A stretch of DNA of 64,000 nt. Origin: Phyllobates terribilis (lineage: Eukaryota). Position numbers and translations under genes: made by a program. Below are positions 24,601 through 38,902 of the stretch, one piece after another (position 1 is the first letter of the stretch; each line of letters opens with the position of its first letter). Below the pieces are notes generated by a model that saw only the letters and a program-made list of their open reading frames with translations, did not search any database and was not told the origin of the DNA. The stretch covers positions 370,140,001 through 370,204,000 of the forward strand of contig NW_027362768.1 of NCBI RefSeq assembly GCF_046119375.1. The letters are read 5' to 3'.

Positions 24601-26618
24601 TGTAATGTATGTGCACAGTGACTGTACCAGCAGAATAGTGAGTGCAGCTCTGGAGTATAATACAGGATGTAACTCAGGATCAGTAATGTAATGTATGTAT
24701 ACAGTGACTGCACCAGCAGAATAGTGAGTGCAGCTCTGGAGTATAATATAGGATGTAACTCAGGATCAGTAATGTAATGTATGTACACAGTGACTGCACC
24801 AGCAGAATAGTGAGTGCAGCTCTGGAGTATAATACAGGATGTAACTCAGGATCAGTAATGTAATGTATGTATACAGTGACTGCATCAGCAGAATAGTGAG
24901 TGCAGCTCTGGAGTATAATACAGGATGTAACTCAGGATCAGTAATGTAATGTATGTACACTGTGACTGCACCAGCAGAATAGTGAGTGCAGCTCTGGAGT
25001 ATAATACAGGATGTAACTCAGGATCAGTATTGTAATGTATGTACACAGTGACTGCACCAGCAGAATAGTGAGTGCAGCTCTGGAGTATAATACAGGATGT
25101 AACTCAGGATCAGTATTGTAATGTATGTACACAGTGACTGCACCAGCAGAATAGTGAGTGCAGCTCTGGAGTATAAGGCTGTGTGCCCACTATGCGTTTT
25201 TTAAGCGTTTCTCCAGCGGCAATTCCGCCGCAGAAACTCTTAAACGCTTGGTAGAAGGTCTGCCATGTTCCCCAATGATAATCCACGTGTGCTGTGCACA
25301 TGCTGCGGAAATTTCCGCTGCGGATTATCATTGCGGAAAAATCCGCAGCACTACCAATTATTTTGCGTAAGAGCGGCCATTGACTTGCATTGAATCGCTT
25401 AATATCCGCATGACTACATTTGCACTTGCGGATATTATGCGATTCTATGTGCGGATGATACCCGGGTCTGGAGAAGAGGAGACTCTGCTCCGGACCCGGG
25501 TACCATAGTACCTGTAAAAAAAAAAAAAAGAAGAACTGAAAATAAAGAAAAACATTATACTCACCTTCTGATGGCCCCCAGTCTCCATAGTGATGCATCC
25601 TGGATCCCCGGCGGCTCGCGATGGTCTAAAAGGACCTTCCATGACGTCATTTAGTCATGTGACAGGTCACGTGACTGCTGACGTTGGCGGTCGCGTGACC
25701 TGTCACATGACTAAATGACGTCATGGAAGGTCCTTTTACACCACCGCGAGCTACCGGGGAGACCGGAGAAGGAGACCGGGGGCCATCGGAAGGTGAGTAT
25801 AATGTGTTTTTTTTATTTTTTATTATTTTTTTTAACTAACTTGGTCACACTATATAAATCCATGCTGGTTGCATGGATTTATATAATGTGACCAAGTTAT
25901 CAAGTACTTTCCAAGTGATGCTAAAATCGCTTGGAAATCGCTTGTCAACCCGCATGCGGAAATGCATGTGAAGAACGCTTCACATCCGCATGTCCCTGGC
26001 AGGAAAAACACATGTACAATCCGCATTTACAATCCGCATGCTTTTTTTGTGCCAGGGAGATGCAGAAACGCTCAGGAAAAAATCCGGAGCATTTCTGCAT
26101 CGTGGGCACATAGCCTAATACAGGATGTAACTCAGGATCAGTAATGTAATGTATGTACACAGTGACTCCACCAGCAGAATAGTGAGTGCAGCTCTGGAGT
26201 ATAATACAGGAGGTAACTCAGGATCAGTAATGTAATGTATGTACACAGTGACTGCACCAGCAGAATAGTGAGTGCAGCTCTGGAGTATAATACAGGATGT
26301 AACTCAGGATCAGTAATGTAATGTATGTACACAGTGACTGCACCAGCAGAATAGTGAGTGCAGCTCTGGAGTATAATACAGGCTCAGTACCCAATAAGTA
26401 GTATAATGTATTTACTAGGTGACTCGACTAGGTTGTACAGTAGTTACAGATTCTCCATTACTTTGAGTCTTTCTGGCTCTTTTACAGGTGTATTTCGAGG
26501 CGGCCATGACATCTTGGTACGGGCAAAGTTGGTTCTGACAGACACGGTGACAATGCAGGTGACGGCCCGGAGCAAGGAGGAGTATCCCGTGGGCGCCATC
26601 ATGGCATCGGTTGGATAA
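15420..26618 (+). CDS. COPG1: Coatomer subunit gamma-1 (gamma1-COP), 24 coding exons, 874 aa
   Basis: Exons: 15420-15456, 17086-17138, 17482-17562, 18148-18219, 18462-18541, 18644-18719, 18796-18888, 19066-19152, 19233-19390, 19458-19591, 20613-20680, 20764-20952, 21182-21277, 21363-21606, 21684-21759, 22023-22126, 22215-22340, 22635-22703, 22814-22956, 23035-23206, 23314-23411, 23606-23744, 23885-23983, 26488-26618. All introns are GT-AG with consistent phases, and the total is 2625 nt. The protein runs [13 protein letters not shown]...[14 protein letters not shown]...GAIMASVG*. The MLKK start and adjacency to HMCES indicate gamma-1 rather than gamma-2. Confidence 0.97.
17645..17815. repeat. 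Short GC-rich ~34-bp degenerate tandem repeat in COPG1 intron 3
   Basis: GGGGGCTGTGCGCGTGCGCTGTTGGGGCCCGAGC variants, about 4-5 copies. Confidence 0.75.
24113..26382. repeat. 86-bp tandem array in COPG1 intron 23, split by a Harbinger-type insertion
   Basis: Unit GTGACTGCACCAGCAGAATAGTGAGTGCAGCTCTGGAGTATAATACAGGATGTAACTCAGGATCAGTAATGTAATGTATGTACACA. About 12 copies lie before 25177 and about 3 after 26115. Confidence 0.95.
25177..26115. mobile_element. Non-autonomous PIF/Harbinger-type element, 939 bp
   Basis: TIRs GGCTGTGTGCCCACTATGC / GCATCGTGGGCACATAGCC (2 mismatches in 19). TAA is duplicated at 25174-25176 and 26116-26118. There are nested internal inverted repeats. Confidence 0.9.
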
Positions 26619-27031
26619 GGGCAGCAGCTTTTTTTTTTTATGCTGCAGACAGAAATGGCGTTACATTGTACAGTCCATTAACCCTTCTCAGCCCAGAGGG
26701 TGCCTTGAACATATGGGAGCACTACGGCACAGTATATTTCAGTCCTCCCGCTGGGCTCTGCAGGTCGCTAGTGATTTACCAGAATAATAAGGAAAAATTA
26801 AGGAGGCCTGTCTATTAAGAGGTGGGCAGGCTAAGGGTTAAAAAATTACTTTAGGAATCCTGTAATTATCGGTTCTGCTTTTGTAATGAGCCAAAACATG
26901 ACGACCTTTATCCTTGCTGATAAATGATTGTCTGCAGCTATTGATTTCCTCGCCCTTCTCAGCCGGGACATTATATATACGCGCCCTCCTCCTCCTCCTC
27001 CTCCTCTTATTATTTGTGGAGACCTAGTTTC

Positions 27032-27037
27032 AATAAA
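27032..27037 (+). terminator. Candidate COPG1 polyadenylation signal
   Basis: AATAAA about 410 nt after the stop codon. No transcript evidence. Confidence 0.5.
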
Positions 27038-27474
27038 TGCCGCCCCGGCGTTCCTGTATTCTGCTTCCGCCATTTGCCTGGGTCTGGATAATTGCAGTAA
27101 GCGACTAAAGCCCGGCTGGAAAAGAGCGCGAAACGCGTTTCGAGGATTGTTTAGGACGTTCCTGAGCTCAGAGGGAGCGGCGTACGTCTTCCTTTACAAT
27201 CAGTCCGGCAGTCGTGTGTTATGTAGACGCCATGAGGAATATCCTGGAAGATACAGATTGCTCTCGCACTTCTCTACAGATAGATTGCACGCTTATATTT
27301 CCTTAAAGTGGTATTCCACCTGTAAATAGAATAAGGAAAAGGCTCGGGATCTTTTAAGGGTTTGTCACATAAACTACATGTATCGCCGACCACATGGTAC
27401 CTATTAATGTATGATGGACTGATTTATGTGGGAATAGAGCAGTACTGAGCGTGTTCGACCAACACTCCTTTAGA

Positions 27475-30480
<3,006 letters not shown>

Positions 30481-31174
30481 TCTCACGTGCTCACTACTGC
30501 TCCATTCACTCAGTATTTTGAGACTGTGCAGAGTGGGGGTCCTAGCGGCCAGACTCTCAGCAATCATACATTTACTCTCTTCCCGTATACAGTTGATATA
30601 TCTTGTTTGGGACGTCCCCTTTATTGGGGGCTCCAGCGACTTATAGTATCAAGAAATGTGATTTTGCTCTGGTAGAGGAATCCAGATTATTCAGAGCAGT
30701 GAGCAGGCGGTGGTCCGCCTCGTCCCCCCAGCACATCGGTGAGGAAGAAAGGAGGGTCCTCCGCTCACAGGACCAGACCGGGCTGAGATCATTATTAAAG
30801 CATCCTACTAGCCAAATAGAAGTGTCCTCACCGAGCCCCCTGCCCCCGGTATAACGGGCCCCACCTCTCGTCAGCCAGGTGGTTCCAAGAGTCTCCTCCG
30901 CTACGTTTCATTCTCAATGTGGAAATCTGCATCCTGGGATCCAAGGAAGAAATGGCCGGAGCCCTGGGGAAAATCCGCTCCTGGATTCTGGATACACAAA
31001 ACTCTTACAAAAAGAAGTGTATGTGAGAGACCACAATAAAATAATGAATCCGATCTGCCGTCTGCTTTATTACGAGCTGCACGCGGGCCACAGTGTTAGA
31101 TGACACCTGATCATGGGGTTTATTACCAGGCTCCATCACCACCGATGGCGTCAGCAAGGCCTGATGATGGGGGG

Positions 31175-31630
31175 GGGGGGGGTGACTGCCGGAGAGGGTG
31201 ATGCAGACCCTCGCTCCTGTACAGCGACTGATGGGGGGGGGGGGGGGTGACAGCCGGAGAGGGTGGTGCAGACCCTCGCTCCTGTACGACGACTGATGAG
31301 GGGGTGATGCCGGAGAGGGTGGTGCTGACTCTCGCTCCTGTACGACGGCTGGTGGGGGGGTGACAGCCGGAGAGGGTGGTGCAGACCCTCGCTCCTGTAC
31401 GGCGGTTGATGCTGGAGAGGGTTATGCAGACCCTCGCTCCTGTACGGCGGCTGGTGGGGGGGTGACTGCCGGAGAGGGTGGTGCAGACCCCCTCGCTCCT
31501 GTACGGTGGCTGGTGGGGGGGTGGCTGCTGGATAGGGTGGTGCAGACCCTCGCTCCTGTACGGCAGCTGGTGGGGGGTGACTGTTGGGGAGGGTGGTGCA
31601 GAACCTCGCACCTGTACAGCGGCTGGTGGG
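31175..31630. repeat. ~58-bp G-rich degenerate tandem repeat, about 8 copies
   Basis: GGGGGTGACTGCCGGAGAGGGTGGTGCAGACCCTCGCTCCTGTACGGCGGCTGGT variants. Confidence 0.85.
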
Positions 31631-32096
31631 GGAACTCCTTTAAAATCTGGTTTAGGCTACGTTCACACACTGCGATTGTGGTGTGTTTTTTTTTCTGCCA
31701 CGTCACGATGTTGCAAATTGCAACAAAAATTATGAGGTTTTCCCGTGATTCCTAATAGTCCCAGTGAGGACTTGCAACCACATTTGCTATCTCTCCCATA
31801 TGTTTGTTTGTTCACTGGGTAGAGAGGATCACCTCTGCAAGAAAAAAAGGATTAAAGGGGTATTCCTATCTCTAAGATCCTATCCCAATATGTAGTAGGT
31901 ATAATAATAATAATATTAGCAAATACCTTCAATTAGAAATGTAGTATAGTTCCTCTGATTCACTATGTCGCTTACCCCATGTGCAGGGCATTGCAGGACC
32001 TTAGGTGTCCATGGTTACAACCACTGATATAGTGACAGCTAGTTGCTAGTGGTCGTAACCATGGATACCTAAGCTACTTTTTAGCTAAGTTTTATT

Positions 32097-32687
32097 ATGT
32101 CACTTTTGTGCAAAGAACCACAGGGGTGGGCCTTTTCTCTCCAACCTAATGATCCATGCTTAAGGTCTGTAGAAGAATTTTTTTCTGCTATGTTGCTATT
32201 ATATGACGATCCTGATCGAATCTCATCTGCTGAGGCAGAACTCAGGCGTTTGAATCAGGGGTCAGGTGATGTTGAAAATTATTGCACACACTTCAGGAGA
32301 TGGGCCTCAGAAGTTAAATGGAATGATCCTGCGCTGAAATGTTTATTTCTTGCTGGTCTGAGTGAAAGGGTTAAGGATTTGCTAATTGCATTCCCCGCAC
32401 GTGAGACTCTGCAGGATGCCATGCAATTAGCTGTTTGTGTTGACAGGAGACTGAGATTTAGACAGAATGAGGTAAAGACTCCTGTAATGCCAGGTCCTAG
32501 TCCCCAGAAAATCTGCTCTGACGGTGGAAAACCGATGGAGGTTGGGGCGACGTCACTCCGCTCTCAGGAAAGAGACCGGAGGTTTACCGAGGGATTGTGT
32601 CTTTATTGTGGTAAAGCTGACCATTTGATTAAGTATTGTGAGCTTCGTTTAAGTAAAGAAAAAAAAAGGTCAGTTACGCCCGTATAG
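32097..32687 (+). pseudogene. Gypsy gag, C-terminal portion
   Basis: L.QG...VE.Y...FRRWA.EV.WNDPAL...FL.GLSE.VKD gag motif, plus the CLYCGKADHLIKYC zinc knuckle. Confidence 0.85.
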
Positions 32688-32707
32688 CTTGTTTACGCTC
32701 TGCAGGA

Positions 32708-33252
32708 GTGTTTCTTTCTGGGAGTACTACTCTGCAGGGAGATTTGATTGAATGTCAGGTATTTGTGGATTGTGGTTCAACACTTAATGTGATTGATAAA
32801 GGGTTTTTGGAAAACCTTAAATTGAAATCTAAACCTTTGTCATCACCTATTTCTGTGATTGCAATTGATAACACTCCTTTGAAATGTATAACTCACCTTG
32901 TGAGTTTGCTGAATTTCCTCTCACTATCAATGGAGTTCACCAAGAAATTTTGGACTTGGTTATTTTAGATAATTTACCCTCTCCGGTCGTTCTAGGATTG
33001 CCTTGGTTAAAACTGCACAATCCTTTGCTGGACTGGTATACTAATGTGATTAAGTCTTGGAGTCCGAACTGCTATGATAAATGTTGTAACGGTCGCATTG
33101 CGGCTGTGGAAAAAGGGGAATTACCTGTACCTATTCAAGATTTTTGGAGGGTTTTTTCGGAGGAGGAGTCGCAAGTTTTACCTCCTCATAGGGATTATGA
33201 TTGCACCATTGAGTTTGTTCCAGGTGCTACTCTTCCCAAAAGTCGCTTGTAG
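32708..33252 (+). pseudogene. Gypsy aspartic protease and start of RT, frameshifted and truncated
   Basis: FVDCGST active-site-like motif, LGLPWLKLHNPLLDW, and LPPHRDYDCTIEFVPG, which ends abruptly at a minisatellite. Confidence 0.8.
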
Positions 33253-34975
33253 CCGCACCTAGCCATCTATACACAGCAGGAAGCCACACGTTGCCATCTA
33301 TACACAGCGGAAGGCCGCACGTAGCCATCTATACACAGCAGGAGGCCGCACGTAGCCATCTATACACAGCGGGAGGCCGCACGTAGCCATCTATACACAG
33401 CGGGAGGCCGCACGTAGCCATCTACATACAGCAGGAGGCCACACATTGCCATCTATACACAGCGGAAGGCCGCACGTAGCCATCTATACACAGCAGGAGG
33501 CCGCACGTAGCCATCTATACACAGCAGGAGGCCGCACGTAGCCATCTATACACAGCAGGAGGCCGCACGGCGCCATCTATACACAGCAGGGTGCCGCACG
33601 TAGCCATCTATACACAGCGGGAGGCCACACGATGCCATCTATATGACGCGCCCCTTGGGCCAGTGCTGTAGTGCGGCGCGCGTGCACGCGGGGAATACCC
33701 GGAGCCGGATCCGATGGGGGTAGTAGTCTTTGTGTGGCGGTGACCCGGTCCGTGCCCAGGGTGGTCAAACTAAGTGGCAGTTATTGGTATGATGGTATTC
33801 GTGTCCGACTACGCCACCCGTTGAATGCGGCTATGAAGCCGCCGCTGCAGGGCAGTCCGCTGAGGCCGGTGGTACGGATGTGCAGCGTGGATGGTTTAGC
33901 CCCCAACGGGAGGGGTATGGCCTCAGGGCAGAGGATGAGGTTGATGTTGGGAGTGATGGTGTGGATGTCCCAGCACTAATGGTGCGACAAGGAAGCACGG
34001 AGACGCGAGGGTACAGTTCAGGGTCTTTACTGATGGTACAAGGCAAATTCCCCCGGGAGTACTGGCTAGTAGTTGGGGCCTGGTTAGTCTGCGAGTAAGC
34101 CGTAGTTCCCCTGGCCAGGTGGAGTTGTAGGCCTTCTCGTTAGTCTGTACCCTTCCTGGCTACCCTGCTTTCGGCGGTTACAAGTAGTCCACGTCCCTGG
34201 GTATACCGTGTGGTGCTCACCCGTATGGCTGGTGACCTGGGGCCTCCTGTTAGCCTCCGCTCCGGGATGGCGGTGCTGGTCCCTTCGTTGTGACTGAGCC
34301 TCCGGGCTTTTATGGCCAGAGGACCTGGAATCCCCTGCCGGATGGATTCTGCTGCTGGGTATATCTTAGTCCCCACAGCCTCGGACTCCTGTGTCCGGTT
34401 TTAGTACCTTCTCCCAGGGCGAGCTCTGCACAGCTCCAGCCCCTGGCGCTTCTCCTTGGCTCCTACAGAGCTCCTGATGTCTATCTGTCCCTGTTTCTGC
34501 GTGTCCAGACCAGACTCCGTCTCTGTCTGGAACTCCTCTCTCTAACCCTGCCTCAGCCCCAGTTTATATAGGGGAAGTTCTTCCCCTCCCAGGACTGGGC
34601 AGGAGGTGTGGCATGCTTAGGATTCCTGCCCAGGAGACCTCCCACCTGCTCACAGACGTAATACTGCTATTACTGTGGAAACCAGACCCCTGGGGTGCCA
34701 CATATACACAGCGGGAGGCCGCACGGTGCCATCTATACACAGCAGGAGGCCGCACGTAGCTATCTATACACAGCAGGAGGCCGCACGTAGCCATCTATAC
34801 ACAGCAGAAGGCCGCGCGGTGCCATCTATACACAGCAGGACCTGCATGGCGCCATCTATACACAGCGGGAGGCCGCACGGCACCCCCCAGATACAGCGGG
34901 TGGCCGCACGGCGCCCCCCCAGACAGCGGGAGGCCGCACGGCGCCCCCCAAAGACAGCGGGAGGCCGCACGCAGT
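33253..34975. repeat. 31-bp minisatellite interrupted by a solo LTR
   Basis: Unit GCCGCACGTAGCCATCTATACACAGCAGGAG, at 33253-33643 and 34703-34975. Confidence 0.92.
33644..34702. mobile_element. Probable solo LTR, 1059 bp
   Basis: TG...CA ends (TGACGCGCCCC / GGGGTGCCACA). TATA is duplicated at 33640-33643 and 34703-34706 and restores the host unit CCATCTATACACAGC. No coding content. Confidence 0.75.
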
Positions 34976-35532
34976 CACACACACACACACACACACACAA
35001 ACTTATTTACATATACATACAGTACATACACGCATAAACACATTTGAAACACAAAAATACATATAAACAGACATCACACAATGATATCTGCCTACACACA
35101 CACATATACACACACACTCACTCACTCACACACACACACTCACACACTCACCATTCCCCTGCTCGGCTCCAGTCCTCCTGAGTCCTGCTCTTTTCCTGTG
35201 CAGCACTGCAGGCCGGGCGTGCACTGCGTGACGTCACAGCTAGGAGACACGGCCGCGCACAGGGCCGTGTCTCCTAGCTGTGATGCGGCCGGGCCAGCAC
35301 AGGGAAGTTAACTGCTGCAGTGCTGGCCCAGCCGAAGAAGAAGCAGCGGCCGTGCGCCGCTGCTGGGGGAGCGGTCCGGGGACCCCCCCGCCACTGTCTG
35401 CCGGTATGTGCCGCGGCGCCGCACATATAATGAGGGCAATATCTGGCAATAGACACCCCGGAGCCCCGGGCCCCCTGGAGGTTCGGGGCCCCGGGCGGTA
35501 GCCCGGATTGCCCTCATTATAATCCGCCTATG

Positions 35533-36794
35533 GTCATGAGTCTCGGTTGGCAGGTCATCCAGGAATTTCTGAGACTAAGAGACTTATCAGTCGCAGTTTT
35601 TGGTGGCCTGGATGGCAGAAGGAAGTCATCAAGTGGGTGCGTCAGTGTACTGTGTGCGCTAGGTCAAAGGCTTCCCATACCCCTGCTGCGGGGTTGCTTT
35701 GCCCTCTGGAGGTTCCTAGTGCTCCTTGGACGCATCTCACTATGGATTTTATTACTGATCTTCCTGTGTCTGAGGGTTTTACTGTCATCTGGGTGGTCGT
35801 GGACCGTTTTAGTAAGATGTGTCATTTGGTTCCATTCATTAAGTTGCTCTGCGCCAAGACACTCGCTAAGGCGTTTGTTAAGGAGATTGTCAAGCTCCAT
35901 GGCGTTCCCACGGATATTGTTTTTGATAGAGGACCTCAGTTTGTGGCTCGCTTTTGGCGTGCTTTTTGTGACAGGTTGAGAGTCCATTTGTCATTTTCGT
36001 CTGGTTATCATCCTGAGTCTAATGGACAGACAGAAAGAAAGAACCAGAATGTTGAGCAGTTTTTGGGTTGTTTTGTGGCGGACAATCAAGAGGTGTGGTC
36101 TGAGTTTCTGCCACTTGCTGAATTTGCTCTTAACAATCATCCATCCTCCTCTGCTGGGTGTTCTCCTTTTTTTTGTTGTACTGGGAGACATCCGTCTTTT
36201 GGTTCGTTCTCCAAATTGGGGTCGGCGGTGCCGGAGGAGGAGAATTTTTCCGGTGATTTGGAGAGAGTTTGGACTAATGTACGTTGCAACCTTCAAGAGG
36301 CTAACAAGAAGTCCAAGAAGTATTTTGACAGGAAACGTAAAGAGGTTTTGTTTACTGTGGGTGACATGGTTTGGTTGTCCTCAAAGAACCTGCAGTTGAG
36401 GATTCCCTCTAAAAAACTGGGTCCTAAGTTTGTGGGTCCATTTAAGGTGCTTCAGGTTGTTAACCCCTCTGCTGTTAGGTTGGATGTCCCTACTTCCTGG
36501 AAGATTAATCCTGTGTTTCATGTTTCCTTGTTGAAAAAGGCTGATGTATCTGATAGGGACGCCACTGTCACAGTTCCTCCTGTGGTGGAAGACGGCGAAT
36601 ATGAAATTTCTCGTATCTTGAATTCTAGATGGCATAGAGGGAGATTACAGTATCTTGTCTCCTGGAAGGGTTTCGGTCCCGAAGACAACTCCTGGGTAGG
36701 GACGGATGATGTCTCTGCTCCTAGGCTTGTTAAAGCTTTCCACAAGAGGTTTCCGGATAGGCCTGGGCCTGGGGGATCCGGAGGATCCTCATAG
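35533..36794 (+). pseudogene. Gypsy integrase with C-terminal chromodomain; open frame but detached from the rest of pol
   Basis: H...AGHPG...CTVC zinc-binding motif, MDFITDLP, VVVDRFSKM, HPESNGQTER, GPF.V, and the chromodomain EYEISRILNSRWHRGRLQYLVSWKGFGPEDNSW. Confidence 0.92.
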
Positions 36795-36877
36795 AAGAGG
36801 GGGTACTGTTAGAACCCTCCTGTTTGTTTTTTCCATCTTGTGTTTTGCGGTCACATGACCATCTGCCTTTATATTCC

Positions 36878-37085
36878 AGGAGGAAAAGAGAAGCGGTGCC
36901 TGGAAGGGACGAGGAAAAGAGAAGCGGCGCCTGGAAAAGTTGAAGAAAAGAGAAGCGGCGCCTGGAAGGGATGAGGAAAAATCTGTGGTGCCTGGAAGGG
37001 ATGAGGAACAGATCAGTGGCACCTGGAAATGATGATGAAAAGATCAGCAGCGCCTGGTAGAGATGAGGAACAGATCAGCGGCGCC
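36878..37085. repeat. 31-bp purine-rich degenerate tandem repeat, about 6-7 copies
   Basis: AGGAAAAGAGAAGCGGCGCCTGGAAGGGATG variants. Confidence 0.8.
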
Positions 37086-37559
37086 CGGGCAGCGGTTCTT
37101 GCATTAATATAATATGTATTCCGCTGCGAGGTGCAGATTATTCCATCCCACGGACGGTTTGTATATGATGCATCTTATATTTCACCACAGACTAATATAA
37201 TCCAGTTAAATTATATGCAAATCAGGCAGGAATTGCACTGTGGGCGTGTCAGTGCACCTGATCTGCCTCCCATTACACGCCCCCAGTGCACTTCCTGCCT
37301 GATTTGCATAGAACTTCAGCACTGGATTTCTCGTGACTGAAACATCAGATCTCTACCAGTAAAGGTGTCACTGTTCTTGGGGTGCAGCCGCACCGCTACC
37401 TCCAGATATAAACACTTGCTGACAGTTTCCTTTAAAACCATATTTACTCCTAATAGCAAGAAAACTCTCCAACAGTTGTGAGACTACTGCTCCCATCCTT
37501 CCATGATCAGAGTAGTTGTAGTTATGCAGAAGTTTATGAGAGCCAACATTATAGCCTTT

Positions 37560-38030
37560 ATTATAGACATTCTAGTATGGAACTACAAGTCCCAACATCG
37601 TATAAGCATCAGAATCACGACAGCCGGAAAGCACACTGCTACCTGCCCTGGGCTGCGAGCTGTCAATCATTTTCTGGCCACGCCCCTTCGCCTAGATCAG
37701 GTGACCCGCGGTCGGTCAGGTGACCAGTTATGTGTTTGTGAGCGGTCGCTCCTCCTCCCGCCCCAGTACTCCGGTTCCCGCCCGTTGTCTGGCAGTGTCT
37801 GTGCTCGGTCCCCGGTGTCCATTATCGGCTTATTACCGGTCAGTAACGATGTAACGTGCACCTTTTCTTTACTGCGCTGCTGCCATAAGAAACTACAGTT
37901 CCCAGCATGCCTTTACAGCATGTGGCCGCCAGGGCATGCTGGGAGTTGTAGTTTCCTGACCACTACATTACATGTTATGATTTTTTTTTTTTATTCATTT
38001 GCTTGGAACCACAACTCCCAGCAGGTAACA
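37560..38030 (+). promoter_or_regulatory. Probable HMCES promoter and non-coding first-exon region
   Basis: CpG-rich patch about 1 kb upstream of the first coding exon, with ACTACAnnTCCCA(G)CA motifs at 37582, 37892 and, on the minus strand, 37934-37952. The coding exon is preceded by a splice acceptor (TTTTTCAG ending at 38889), so an upstream exon is expected. Confidence 0.55.
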
Positions 38031-38241
38031 GCAGGCGCCCTGTGAACTCGTGTCAGTCCTGAAACCTCCATACAGCGGCTCTTGTGGGTTTCACATCGCT
38101 CCCAGGAGGTTTTAGACTTAAATTGAAAGTAACAGCTTTTAGAATTTTATTTATTTTTGTAACTTTGGCGCCTTTTAGAAAAAAAAAGTAAATTTGACAA
38201 TGTTTTAAATTTATAATGAACGCTGCAACTTTAAAAAAAAG

Positions 38242-38286
<45 letters not shown>

Positions 38287-38902
38287 TCTTCTGCTGTCGG
38301 TGTGTGGAGTCCTGATAGACTGATGTGTCCCACAGCTGGAGAGTCGTCACAGTTGCGTCCACTCCTCTCTGAGCAGGGGTCTCTCTTCTGTGCTGATAGT
38401 TTGTTGCAGTGTATCAGTCTTAGCTGTGTCTCCCAGGGGATTTTTTGCCTGGATGCAATTGTGACAAACCCTCAGCTGTGAGTGGTGCTGCCGGATCTGT
38501 ACTGTTTTTCCGGGTTTGTATAAGAATGTTCTCACTCTGTCAGCAAGCAGAGGTGCTGAAGATGGTGCCGAGCTGAAAAAAAAACAATTTATGCCAGAAA
38601 GTTGCAGAAGTTTTGGATAGTTTTCTGTAGAACTTTTGACTCTTTTTTTTTTTTCTATCGCAGGATCTTTGTTTCTTAATTTGTCATATTTCGTCAAAAA
38701 TCAGCTGAGAGGAGCATAGAAAAAGACAGAGAACAGAGGTATGAGCTCGCTGAGGGATTCAGAGTTCACTCATTCCGCAATCAGCAATAGACAATAACAA
38801 CTCAAAGCCTATAGAAGGTGAACAAAAAAAAAAATGCATGTGTTAACTGACCTCAGAGGTGGAGAGACCCTTTAACGTCTGTTTTTCAGAACCGAAGCGG
38901 AG

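Larger units (their letters stand above)
32085..36870 (+). mobile_element. Defective chromodomain-bearing Gypsy (chromovirus-like) LTR retrotransposon: 5'-truncated, with RT/RNase H replaced by foreign DNA
   Basis: Contains a gag fragment with a CCHC knuckle, a protease, the very start of RT, and integrase plus chromodomain. A polypurine tract AGAAGAGGGGG at 36793-36803 is followed by TGTTAG at 36807 (likely start of the 3' LTR, end not definable). No 5' LTR is seen. Confidence 0.88.

Noticed and set aside
23964-25132. Series of 64-aa [15 protein letters not shown]... ORFs (also at 56093-56795) as a small-peptide gene family
   Set aside because: They are translations of the 86-bp tandem unit.
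24113-25176. Identification of the 86-bp array as the Xenopus Xstir repeat
   Set aside because: Only the unit length coincides. I cannot verify sequence similarity without an alignment.
27100-27145. CGAAACGCG as part of a Penelope-type hammerhead ribozyme
   Set aside because: No CTGANGA core at the right distance on either strand. The CTGATGA at ~52150 also lacks a closing stem II.
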